Shown here: positions 1 to 9,268 of the stretch, one piece after another | How positions within the stretch are numbered: the first letter of the stretch is position 1 | How the letters are laid out: every line of letters starts with the position of its first letter | DNA from: an uncultured Pirellulaceae bacterium | GTDB taxonomy: Bacteria > Planctomycetota > Planctomycetia > Pirellulales > Pirellulaceae | Assembly: GCA_964595515.1 (NCBI GenBank) | Contig: CAZQQR010000001.1 | Location: forward strand, 18,883-70,096 | DNA: 51,214 nucleotides | Direction of reading: 5' to 3' | Notes under the pieces: generated by a model | The model's database searches: none | Told to the model about the DNA's origin: nothing | The model's input: the letters and a program-made list of their open reading frames with translations, nothing else | Position numbers and translations under genes: made by a program

Positions 1-1
1 T

Positions 2-1981
2 CTAAGCAGACTTGGCGAATAAGCTTTGAAAGTGCGTCGACTCCTCCGAAGCATCGACAACGGAACTGTCGTGTACGATTCGGCCAAGCTCCATCACGAT
101 GACACGGTCAGCCAGTTTCAAAGAAGATTGGCGATGCGTAATCACAAACGTTGTTCGTTCTTTGATAAACTCAGCCAGCGAATCATGAATCAGACCCTCC
201 GAATGACCATCGATCTGACTGGTGGCTTCGTCGAGGATCAAAATCCGAGGGTTGGAAACGATCGCTCTTGCGATAGCGACTCGTTGACGCTGACCAGCGG
301 ATAAATTCTTGCCGTCATCACCAACGTTGCTGTGATACCCGTTTTCTAGCTCATCCGCAAAATCATTGACTCTCGCAATTTTCAGCGCGTTTAAGATTTC
401 TTCTTTCGATGGATCGACCGCCCCGTAAGCCACGTTGTTCCAGAGCGATTCGTTGAAGAGAACGGAGTCTTGGGTGACCCAAGCAATCTGGCTGCGAAGC
501 TTTTTGGGATTCATTTCGCGAATGTCGTCGCCGTCAACCAAAATTTGCCCAACGTGCGGGTCGTAAAAACGGGCAAGCAAGTTCATCAGTGTCGATTTGC
601 CAGACCCGTTTCCACCAACGATCGCGATTGTCTGCCCGTGGTCGATTTTTAGGTCGACATTTTTGATGACCGGCTGGTTGGGAAGGTAGCCAAAAAGGAT
701 GTTCTTAAACTCAACGCTTTTGCAATGAACGGGGACGGCCGTCGGATTTTCGGGTGCCGTGATTTGAGGCGGGACGCCGAAGGTTCGAAACAGGTTGTCG
801 CAAGCCGTTCCGCCACGAACTAGCGAGTTGACAATCTCGCTCATTTTTCTGGCTGGGTCGGCGGCTCCTGCCAACATTGAATAGAACACCAACAACATGG
901 CGGGCTCAATCGGTTTGTCACTGATCTTGATGAAACCGAATAAGTGCGTTTCCTGATTGAGGACCAGATACGCTCCAATCAAGATCGAGACGGCGATCGA
1001 TACGATGCTCATCACTTCTGTGATGGGACGAATCAGGGAATCATAAAGCGCGATTCGGACTTGCATACGATAAAGCGTCGTCGCGTTTCCTTTGAAACGT
1101 CTCCGTTCCGTTCGTTCCCGATTGAAAATTCGGACGGTTTTAACTGCCTTAAACGTCTCAATCAATGTTTGAAAGACATCAGCCATGCCTTCCATTTCCG
1201 TTTGCGTCGACTTTTTCATGTGACGCGAAATTGCATGGATCATGAACAAAGCTGCTGGGACCGTCGTTAACGAAATTAGCAACAGCGGCAACGAGATCCA
1301 GGCTGCGATTGCCAGCGAAGTGATCATCTTCAGTGGTTCACGAAGGCATTTTCCGTAAAACATCCTTAGACCGGAACTGATCATAATCATGTTGTACGAA
1401 AGATGCGTCATCATATTGGACGCACCGATACGATCGATTCGGCGCTGGTCAAGCTCAAGGGCTTTTCGGTAATAGATCCGTCTCAGGTCGAGCACCGTTC
1501 TTTCCGCGATACGCGCGTCGAGGATTGCACCAATCACCAACAAGATGCCTTTGATAAACGTAACCACCAGCAGCGCAGTCAGCGCTACGAGTAGAGTTTG
1601 GAACGGAGTTTCGGGCGCATACTTGTTGATGCCGGGTTGGACCCAACGAAACCACTCCAAGGATTCGAGTTCCGCATCCAAGCGTTCTTGTTTAAGGGTA
1701 AGCTCGTTGAGAAAGGCGGCGTTATGGCCGCCGTCACCGATTTTTTCTTCCAAGCCAACAATGTCAGATTTGACGGCGGCGATGTTGCGCTCACCGTTCT
1801 CAATCTCGTGCTCGACCCAAGTGATCGCAGTTTCTCGTTCGAGCACAATTTTGACGATTGGAAAAACCGTCGTGATACTCGCGCTCCAAATGATGGCGAC
1901 CAGCCACGCGCACACAAAAGCACCGACTATCGTCCAGCGATAGCGGAGCGAGTGGTGAACTGCGCGAAAGAACGGTTTCAT
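2..1981 (-). CDS. ABC exporter, fused permease/ATP-binding protein (MsbA-like)
   Basis: N-terminal TM helices; Walker A GGNGSGKST, signature LSAGQRQR, Walker B ILILDEATS. Confidence 0.9.
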   Translation of the reverse strand: MKPFFRAVHHSLRYRWTIVGAFVCAWLVAIIWSASITTVFPIVKIVLERETAITWVEHEIENGERNIAAVKSDIVGLEEKIGDGGHNAAFLNELTLKQERLDAELESLEWFRWVQPGINKYAPETPFQTLLVALTALLVVTFIKGILLVIGAILDARIAERTVLDLRRIYYRKALELDQRRIDRIGASNMMTHLSYNMIMISSGLRMFYGKCLREPLKMITSLAIAAWISLPLLLISLTTVPAALFMIHAISRHMKKSTQTEMEGMADVFQTLIETFKAVKTVRIFNRERTERRRFKGNATTLYRMQVRIALYDSLIRPITEVMSIVSIAVSILIGAYLVLNQETHLFGFIKISDKPIEPAMLLVFYSMLAGAADPARKMSEIVNSLVRGGTACDNLFRTFGVPPQITAPENPTAVPVHCKSVEFKNILFGYLPNQPVIKNVDLKIDHGQTIAIVGGNGSGKSTLMNLLARFYDPHVGQILVDGDDIREMNPKKLRSQIAWVTQDSVLFNESLWNNVAYGAVDPSKEEILNALKIARVNDFADELENGYHSNVGDDGKNLSAGQRQRVAIARAIVSNPRILILDEATSQIDGHSEGLIHDSLAEFIKERTTFVITHRQSSLKLADRVIVMELGRIVHDSSVVDASEESTHFQSLFAKSA

Positions 1982-2130
1982 CCTTGAAACGGCTTTTGGT
2001 AAAGGTTTTCGTTGACCGAGAATCCGGTCGAATTGCCGCGGGATGTTCTAAGGAATCGCGATGTCCGTCAAGAACAGTTCCGAGTGGGTGAACAGGTCAG
2101 TCCGCCCGTGCGTCACGGTTTTGCACGATC

Positions 2131-2160
2131 TTGATTCGGGCAAATTTTGATTCGGGCAAA
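2131..2160. repeat. Direct repeat TTGATTCGGGCAAA x2 (16-bp period)
   Basis: Exact copies at 2131-2144 and 2147-2160, between fabZ and the ABC exporter. Confidence 0.8.
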
Positions 2161-2263
2161 AGGACGAAATCAATGTGACTAGATGGCATTATCGCTATCG
2201 CCCTTTATCACCAAGTTGCTGGCGTCGCGAAGATTGAGAGCCTCAGCCAGCGTTGCTAGCGAG

Positions 2264-2764
2264 TTACGCGTTGGCTTTTCCTTGAAGCTTCGACGACGGG
2301 ATGTTGGTGAGTCGAAACGAATTCCGCATGATTTGATTCTCACCCACCGAGACCTCGCCGGAAAAGTCGAACATGTTTCCAACGACTTCGTTCAGTGTAA
2401 CTCTGGTCTTGAGCGAGTCACCGGGACGTGCAAAGCCTCGAAATCGGGACTGAGATACTTTGACGAGCACTCCCAAAGCAAACTCGTTAAAAAATGGATC
2501 CTCGGTATCAAACGACTCCATCGGATTGTGTTCGGCTGCAATCAGAATGCCGGCCGATTGAGTGGTCATCTCTTGCATCATTGCGCCAGGCAGAATGGGA
2601 GCACCTGGAAAGTGGCCTGCGACAAAAAACTCTTCGCCCGAAAAATGTGTCGTCGTCACGATCTCATGCTTTTCGATGGCTTCGATTTTTTCAACCATCA
2701 AATAAGGGGCCCGATGGTGAAGATATTTTTCGACAGATTCGAATCGATGTTGAAAGGTTTTCAT
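2264..2764 (-). CDS. fabZ: FabZ/FabA-family 3-hydroxyacyl-ACP dehydratase (hot-dog fold)
   Basis: LHHRAPYLMVEKI and FFVAGHFPGAPILPGAMMQE motifs; ATG at 2764 preferred over the upstream start at 2851. Confidence 0.8.
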   Translation of the reverse strand: MKTFQHRFESVEKYLHHRAPYLMVEKIEAIEKHEIVTTTHFSGEEFFVAGHFPGAPILPGAMMQEMTTQSAGILIAAEHNPMESFDTEDPFFNEFALGVLVKVSQSRFRGFARPGDSLKTRVTLNEVVGNMFDFSGEVSVGENQIMRNSFRLTNIPSSKLQGKANA

Positions 2765-2905
2765 GGTGCGTTGGATTTGAAGAAGTCGGTTGCGATTGTT
2801 TGCAAGAACGAAGTTGGTTCCAGCGAAACCGAAAAACTGGCGGGTTCGCAACTGAGTTTAATCAGCCGGAGTTTTCGCTAGGTCGAATCCTAGCTGTTCC
2901 TTAGC

Positions 2906-4342
2906 TTAACTAATGCGAAGAGTCGATTCGATCCGGCGAAGCACTTCTTTGGCGGAGCACTGAGCGTGCGGCAGGCGAATGCCTTCACCATCCTCGATCC
3001 ATTTAGCAACTTTTTTCTCGGCTGCGATCACGGTACTGTGGCTGCGTCCACCAAAATAGTCGCCGATTTCAGAAAAGGCCGACCCGGTGTACTGCCGTGA
3101 CAGATACATCGCCAACATGCGGGCCGAACAGATTCGCTTTTTACGGCTGGGAGATTTCAATTCTGTTGGCTTGATTCCACAAATTTCACAAACGGCTTCT
3201 TCGATCGAAACCATCGAAGTACAACTCGGCCCTGAAAGAGCGAATAGGTCACTGAGAACTTTGGATGCGATTTCGGGCGTGATCGGAGTCTGGATCGACA
3301 ATGAATAAGCATGAAGCCGATTGATGGCGCCCGAAATTCGACGCATGTCACGAGACAATTGCTCACAAATCAAATTCAACACAGAATTGGAAAGTGTCAA
3401 ATTACGAAGCTTACAGATCGACCTTGCGATCTTGAGTCGCCCATCAAAGTCAGGATAGTTGATCGAACAGGTCAATCCACCTGCAAGGCGATTGCTAACA
3501 TCGGATCCAAGGTGCCCAAGCTCAATCGGCGGTCGATCGGAGGTAACGATCACTTGTTTCCCATGACGGATCAAGTTGTCGATCGTATGCTGAAATTCAC
3601 CCAGTGTTGCTCGTTTACCAGCGAAAAACTGAATGTCATCAATCGCCAATAAATCCAGCTCGCGATACTTCCGCCGAAAAATTGGTAGCCCTGCCCCGCC
3701 CCTCAGCGATGCGAGAAACTGACTGGTGAATTGTTCCGCTGAAAGAAACACACACCGTTGGCGTTTTAGTCTACGCCGAAAGTCGTTGGTGATGACTTCG
3801 GCGAGATGAGATTTTCCGCTGCCGGTTGGTCCGTAGATGTAAAGCGGCGAAAATTGTCCAGGACGTTCGAAAAGTTGGTCGACGCCTGCTCTTAACAGTT
3901 TGTTGTCGTCGCCAAAGTTAAAAGTGTTTAAACCTCGGCGATGAGGCCGGAGGGGTTTGCGGGCGGCTGGTGTCGGCTGAGCATTAACGTCAGAAAATTC
4001 TGGCATCCGAATCGTTGCCGGAGCTGCTGAGTCGCCAGATGCGGTAACGCTGTCGACTTGATAACTAATGACAAATTGAGGCCCGCAAATTCGATCAACA
4101 ACATTTCGAATTTCAGATCCGAAATTGGTTTGGATTCGCTGAAGCGAAAAATTGTTGGGAGCCGAAACCTGAACAGAACGGCCAACGATTTCGAAACGCG
4201 TGGAGTCTGAGAACCACATTTCGAATCGCTCTGGTCCGATCAAGTGAGCCAGTTGCTTTAAAATGGCTGCTGATGGATTCGGCTCATTTTGATCCGAAGT
4301 ACCCTGAGGCGAATTGTTAAAATCCTGAATCGACAAAGTCAC
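2906..4342 (-). CDS. dnaA: Chromosomal replication initiator DnaA
   Basis: Domain I (FEMWF), PLYIYGPTGSGKSHL, LLAIDDIQFF, SDRPP, domain IV ARMLAMYLSR...EIGDYFGGRSHSTV. Confidence 0.95.
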   Translation of the reverse strand: MTLSIQDFNNSPQGTSDQNEPNPSAAILKQLAHLIGPERFEMWFSDSTRFEIVGRSVQVSAPNNFSLQRIQTNFGSEIRNVVDRICGPQFVISYQVDSVTASGDSAAPATIRMPEFSDVNAQPTPAARKPLRPHRRGLNTFNFGDDNKLLRAGVDQLFERPGQFSPLYIYGPTGSGKSHLAEVITNDFRRRLKRQRCVFLSAEQFTSQFLASLRGGAGLPIFRRKYRELDLLAIDDIQFFAGKRATLGEFQHTIDNLIRHGKQVIVTSDRPPIELGHLGSDVSNRLAGGLTCSINYPDFDGRLKIARSICKLRNLTLSNSVLNLICEQLSRDMRRISGAINRLHAYSLSIQTPITPEIASKVLSDLFALSGPSCTSMVSIEEAVCEICGIKPTELKSPSRKKRICSARMLAMYLSRQYTGSAFSEIGDYFGGRSHSTVIAAEKKVAKWIEDGEGIRLPHAQCSAKEVLRRIESTLRIS

Positions 4343-4559
4343 TTCCTAGCGCCTTTTATCGGCCCCTCAGTCGGCAAGAAAACGAAGCGTTTCAAACTAA
4401 GTAGTTTGCGTCATGAGGGCGTCCGTTCTATGTGTTTTCAACATGCGTCGTGCATGTTGTTAAGATTTGTTCTTAAGTTGCCTTAAGCGAAACGTGATTC
4501 TAAGACCGCTAGCAGTTATGTCAAACCTTCAAATTTGAAAAACCTTTTGAGAACAGTTT

Positions 4560-4827
4560 TTCTCCACGACTGAGATCGGACTTATCAAAATACGCCGTAT
4601 ATCTTGGCAAACTTTTTTGACGAACAACACGTCGCGCTGGTGGAAAAAGTGTTTAGCGAAGAGAGACGCTCAGAAAGTCCCGCGAATGCGTGCTGCGGTT
4701 TCGGAACGAAGTTTTTGAGACAACGAAAATCAATTTTGGAAATAGTTTCCAATGAAAGTTGTCTGTCCACTTGACAGGCAATTCTGATCCAAAATTTAAG
4801 TCTTTGATACAGCCTGTTTGTGGAGAA
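4560..4827. promoter_or_regulatory. Cluster of degenerate DnaA boxes upstream of dnaA (autoregulatory site or oriC candidate)
   Basis: TTCTCCACG 4560-4568, GGTGGAAAA 4639-4647, CTGTCCACT 4763-4771 and TGTGGAGAA 4819-4827 (reverse complement TTCTCCACA) versus consensus TTATCCACA, in a ~490-bp non-coding gap. Confidence 0.45.
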
Positions 4828-4836
4828 GCGTTTGGT

Positions 4837-5802
4837 TTAACGCGACTGAAAAGAGCCTTCGATCAGCGAGTGAAAGTCCTGGCTCAAACCAAATGGTCCG
4901 TTCGGATTGTTGATTTCCAAAATCAAAGCAATTTGTTGGATGGGGTTTTCCGTGTAGACCACGGTTGGGTGTTTCATTAGTAGACCGCCGGTAGGTTTTT
5001 GTTGTTTTCCCTTGGCGACGTAAAATCCTGCCCAGTGAGTTTGATGAGCTTGAAAAGCGAAACTGCTTGTCAAAAGATTGACGAGCCGAGTCGCGTCCCC
5101 TGCCCAACCACGGTACGTGATTCTTTGAACGCGATGACTTGAATCGAAAAAGTAGGTAAGGGATCCATGCAAGTCCCAAGAGTTAGTGCCTGTAACCAAC
5201 GCCACCCTCAATCCATGCAGTCCATCTTCGGCCGGGCTGGTGGAAACACGTTTCCAACGTTGCTTGATCCAGTTCTCAGTAACATTAAAACGAAATATCT
5301 CTTGGAAATTCGTAACAGGCATAAATTCCATCGGCGTCGCCGTCAAATCGGGGCCATTGGCATTGCCTGGAAACACCAATGTCTGTGCCGCTCCGAAATC
5401 CGGAGTCATGTTGTTAAAATTGACGGGTTGACCTGACGGGGCAATCACTGGCGTGGGTTGGAATGGTTGAGTTGGTGTGGCGGTCTGAACGAATGGATTG
5501 TTTGCCGCAGCTGGATTTGCAGAAGACATCGGATTCATGCCTTGTTGGAATACCGGATTCCCTGTCGGCGCGTTCTGGTAACTGACCGAGGCGGACGGGT
5601 GAAAGATCTGTGTGTTGTTCCGGTTAAGCGTCGCGCTAGGAAGCTGCATCGCTGAAGGGCCTGTGTGTCCTGTTTGAATAAACGGGTTTTGAGGTTGGGA
5701 CTGCGCGACAGGATTCGTTGAATTCTCTTTTGCTTTGGACCACATGAGCGGTAGCGCAATCACGCACGCGATGAGCGATGGAATCCCAATGGAACGAAAC
5801 AT
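4837..5802 (-). CDS. Planctomycete membrane-anchored/secreted protein, DUF6690-like
   Basis: N-terminal hydrophobic helix, long Q/P/N-rich linker, C-terminal domain FRFNVT...RVST...GLRVALVTGT..DLHGSLTYFFD recalled as planctomycete-specific. Confidence 0.65.
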   Translation of the reverse strand: MFRSIGIPSLIACVIALPLMWSKAKENSTNPVAQSQPQNPFIQTGHTGPSAMQLPSATLNRNNTQIFHPSASVSYQNAPTGNPVFQQGMNPMSSANPAAANNPFVQTATPTQPFQPTPVIAPSGQPVNFNNMTPDFGAAQTLVFPGNANGPDLTATPMEFMPVTNFQEIFRFNVTENWIKQRWKRVSTSPAEDGLHGLRVALVTGTNSWDLHGSLTYFFDSSHRVQRITYRGWAGDATRLVNLLTSSFAFQAHQTHWAGFYVAKGKQQKPTGGLLMKHPTVVYTENPIQQIALILEINNPNGPFGLSQDFHSLIEGSFQSR

Positions 5803-5923
5803 TTTTTGATTACCCGAGAAAGAGGACGACCCACCATCTTTATCGTCGGGTTCCACCAAAACCTGCTGGCAATCGAGAACGGGTCATACAACCCAATTGA
5901 GCAATGCAACGCTACTCAGAAGC

Positions 5924-6346
5924 TTACTCAGAAGTCTTCTTTCCGAACTGATTGTTCAGCCAATCGGCATCCACACCCATTACCGCAGCCGCATATTCGA
6001 ATTCCGATTCGTAGTCGCCTTCTTTGACATCACACTCATAATCAAGGGATGTTAACAACCCGAGCGCCTCACCGGGAGGAAGTTTCCTACGGACTTGTTT
6101 CAAGAAAATGCCAAAATCGGGATCGGTGATCGCTTCGGCAAAACCAGAATACTTTCGAAGCATGTGCCCTGAGTTGTTCTGAAGAACAAGCTTCCTGCAA
6201 AAATCAGCCATTGGCATCATTTGCATCGCTGCCGCACAGGTTCCAGCCATCACCAAAGCCCGGTCTCGATCAGGCATCTGGAGGCGGTTGTCAAAAGCCT
6301 GCGCGACGCGCAAGTAAATTATGAGTTCCTGAAACGGTGAGGGCAT
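5924..6346 (-). CDS. Hypothetical protein
   Basis: 140-aa ORF from MPSPFQEL with protein-like helical composition that fills the gap between neighbours. Confidence 0.7.
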   Translation of the reverse strand: MPSPFQELIIYLRVAQAFDNRLQMPDRDRALVMAGTCAAAMQMMPMADFCRKLVLQNNSGHMLRKYSGFAEAITDPDFGIFLKQVRRKLPPGEALGLLTSLDYECDVKEGDYESEFEYAAAVMGVDADWLNNQFGKKTSE

Positions 6347-6556
6347 GATGAAGACAGGGTGAGGAAAGTTGTTGGTCGACTGGATGAGAAGTTTCGAGAG
6401 GCCCGTGTAGAATCTCAATTATAACACTTTCATCGTCTCGAAACAGAATCTTGTGTATTCGCTCTCGAAATTCATCTGAACTACCCAACAAATTCCGACC
6501 GTTTTCTGTCGAATCGTCATATAGATAGGATTGGGCCAGTCAACTAATATCTGGAT

Positions 6557-7828
6557 ATGAACCCTTCCACGCGCGAAGATTTGATTTGGCTTTTATCCGA
6601 AGAGGCGGCACCAGTTCTTGAGACGGTCCAAACCGCATTTCTAGATCGGACCAATGCCGTTCGAATCGCCAAAAGCTTAAGAAAAAAATTCTCTCCCACT
6701 CGCTCGGCTTTGGTCATGGAGCAAGCCCAGCTTCGGATTCGAGCTTCCCGAAAATTTGAAAAAGCGGATGAGATGTTTTTCACCAAACGCGGGCTTGAGC
6801 AGGCTTCGAGTTGGAGATTGGGCGACTACAAGGCGAGTCGGTTTAGCGAACTTTGGAATGTCGCCGACATTTGTTGCGGGATCGGTGGCGATTTGACGTC
6901 GCTTGCGCTCCGCGAAACAACCAGCGACAGCGGACCGTCGTCGGTACCGCTAACGGTTGGCGTTGATAACGATTCACTGATTTGCACATTTGCCAGGCGC
7001 AATTTGTTGGTCAACCGTGTCTCTGAAGAAGTAGCCACCGTCGAGGAAGCAGACTTTAACGATTTTTCGATCGATGGCTTCGACGGCGTCCACATTGATC
7101 CTGATCGAAGAGCGAAGGGCCGAACTGTTCTTGGAAATAACTTTTCTCCAAAGATCGAAGAGATATTCGAAAAGATTCCTGATACGGTCAGCCTAGCAAT
7201 CAAAGTCGCACCCGCCACGCCCGGCGATCGATATGGTTCCGACCAAATCGAGCGAGAGTGGATCGGTGATCATCGAGAATGCAAACAACAGATACTTTGG
7301 CGAGGTCCGTTGACCAAGAATCCTGGCAAGCGGACTGCGACCTATGTCGGAAAACGAGGCGTCAGTTCAATCTCAATTGAGGAATCAGAAGTAAAAGCCA
7401 CCGTGCCGTACTTTGATGATTTCAAAGCCTATCTTTTTGAGCCGCACCCGTCTGTTCTGGCGGCAAAGTTGACTGATGCGATCGGACGCAAATATGGTCT
7501 GCGCCGATTCACTTCGAACATTGTTTACCTGACAGGCGATCAACCGATTTCTGATCCGCTGCTGACGCAGTTTGAAATCTTGGATGTAGTTCGGCTTGAC
7601 CTTCGCAGTACAGTCAAAGTCCTTAGCATCCTTGGGGTTGGAGAAGTCGAAGTCAAAAAACGCGGTGTCGATCAGGTGGTGGCAGACCAATTCGCCAGAA
7701 TGAAACTGGAAGGCCCCAACAAAGCCACCGTGATTTTAACGCGGCTTGGCAAGCATCGTGTTGCCGTTGTCGCCAAACGAAAAAACAACGATTTACAAAT
7801 CCCGCCCAAATCTAATCCTGGTCAATGA
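6557..7828 (+). CDS. Class I SAM-dependent methyltransferase with C-terminal THUMP-like domain
   Basis: LEQASS, VADICCGIGGD (SAM motif I), HIDPDRR, KVAPA, YLFEPHPSV, VKKRGVD. Confidence 0.85.
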   Translation: MNPSTREDLIWLLSEEAAPVLETVQTAFLDRTNAVRIAKSLRKKFSPTRSALVMEQAQLRIRASRKFEKADEMFFTKRGLEQASSWRLGDYKASRFSELWNVADICCGIGGDLTSLALRETTSDSGPSSVPLTVGVDNDSLICTFARRNLLVNRVSEEVATVEEADFNDFSIDGFDGVHIDPDRRAKGRTVLGNNFSPKIEEIFEKIPDTVSLAIKVAPATPGDRYGSDQIEREWIGDHRECKQQILWRGPLTKNPGKRTATYVGKRGVSSISIEESEVKATVPYFDDFKAYLFEPHPSVLAAKLTDAIGRKYGLRRFTSNIVYLTGDQPISDPLLTQFEILDVVRLDLRSTVKVLSILGVGEVEVKKRGVDQVVADQFARMKLEGPNKATVILTRLGKHRVAVVAKRKNNDLQIPPKSNPGQ

Positions 7829-9056
7829 AGTCAGTGTAGGGTCGGCATCGAGTACCGGATGTAAAAAGGTCTTTGGGCTCAAGCGGAGCTTTCTGCCCAT
7901 CCGTGACAACACTAATGGAAGAAGCCTTTCCAGATTCCAATGTCCCGTAGTCCTTTTCGACGCCAAGTGCGACAGCCCCGTTGATGGTGCCCATCGCAAG
8001 AATCGTTTCGATTGGCTGATCAGGAAATGAATCCGAGACATGCTTAAGCTCTTCCCAGAGATTTAAATCCGGATTGGAAGCACGGGAGTCGGTGCCCACC
8101 GCTACATTGATTTGTTTGGCTTGAAAAGACTCAAGCGGATAACGATCATGCCCAAAAAAATGATGCGTTCGTGGACAGAAGACGATCGAAGTTGTCTCCC
8201 GATGACGAGCGATGAAGTTTTGCTCGGCTTCGTCGAGATAATTTCCGTGCACAACAAGTGCTTTGGGAGATTTGACCAAAATTTGAAGGAAGTCCAAAAC
8301 GGATTGACCACCAATGAACGACTCGGGGTTCCAAACACCAAAATCCTTCAGCAAATCAACGAAGTCCCCCGAGCCTTCACGGAGAAGTTGAAGTTCAGGT
8401 TTTGTTTCAGCCAGATGCATGGCGACCGGACGTCCAAAGTGTTTTGCTTGCTCACACATTTGTCGAACGAGCTCGATGTGGGTCGAGTATGGGGCATGAG
8501 GACTCGCACCTGAGTTTTCCAATTTGAGATGAGACGCAAGTTCTATTTCTAGATCGCTAAACGTTTCAACACTGGAACCCAGCTGTTCTAAAAACGTGAC
8601 AACCATTTGTTCACGACAACGGGTCGAGTACGCTGACTCGTCATTCGGTTTTGTTGCGATTTCACCAACAACCCAAGTTCCTGATTCGAACGACTCGGCC
8701 AGCCCTTTGGCAATGGATTCAGATTTCGTGTTGGAAGAATCGCGTCGATTCGCGACGATGGTTCGGATCCAGTCAGTGAATTTTGCGTTTGGCTGTCCGA
8801 GCGGTTGGTTCAGATGACTGAATTCGAGGTGCGTGTGTGCATTGATCAAACCAGGGATAATCACTGCGTTACCAAGATCAATTTGACGGTCCCCTCGGGG
8901 AACTTGGTCTCGATGCCCGACGGATTGAATGATTCCATCTCTAATTAGCACCGCACCATTTTCGATTGGTGGTCTGCAAACCGGTGCCAACCATGTTGAT
9001 ACAAGCTTGATTGATTCGGGGTGGGAGTTCAGCGGTTGGCTCCTTCGGATTTGCAA
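7812..9056 (-). CDS. Amidohydrolase family metal-dependent deaminase (aminodeoxyfutalosine/MTA-SAH deaminase-like)
   Basis: PGLINAHTHLEFS, SPHAPYS, MHLAET, VHGNYL, GTDSRASN; start uncertain; 17-bp convergent overlap with the previous CDS. Confidence 0.85.
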   Translation of the reverse strand: MQIRRSQPLNSHPESIKLVSTWLAPVCRPPIENGAVLIRDGIIQSVGHRDQVPRGDRQIDLGNAVIIPGLINAHTHLEFSHLNQPLGQPNAKFTDWIRTIVANRRDSSNTKSESIAKGLAESFESGTWVVGEIATKPNDESAYSTRCREQMVVTFLEQLGSSVETFSDLEIELASHLKLENSGASPHAPYSTHIELVRQMCEQAKHFGRPVAMHLAETKPELQLLREGSGDFVDLLKDFGVWNPESFIGGQSVLDFLQILVKSPKALVVHGNYLDEAEQNFIARHRETTSIVFCPRTHHFFGHDRYPLESFQAKQINVAVGTDSRASNPDLNLWEELKHVSDSFPDQPIETILAMGTINGAVALGVEKDYGTLESGKASSISVVTDGQKAPLEPKDLFTSGTRCRPYTDFIDQD

Positions 9057-9268
9057 CGAATGCGAAAATTAATCAATGAGGAAAAACCGTCTTCACTTAA
9101 TTTAGATTCACCACTGCATTTTGACTTATTCCAGTTGGAATAACAGATGCCAGGCCAGCATGTGCCACAATAAAACGCGGCCGACGTTGGAGAAACACAA
9201 ACGCTCAAAATCGGTTAAACAATTGGTTGACTCCGATTGGCTGTTTCCGAAACCACGGATCTCAAACG

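Noticed and set aside
2183-2881. 232-aa + strand ORF
   Set aside because: Antisense shadow of the fabZ-like gene; no recognisable motifs
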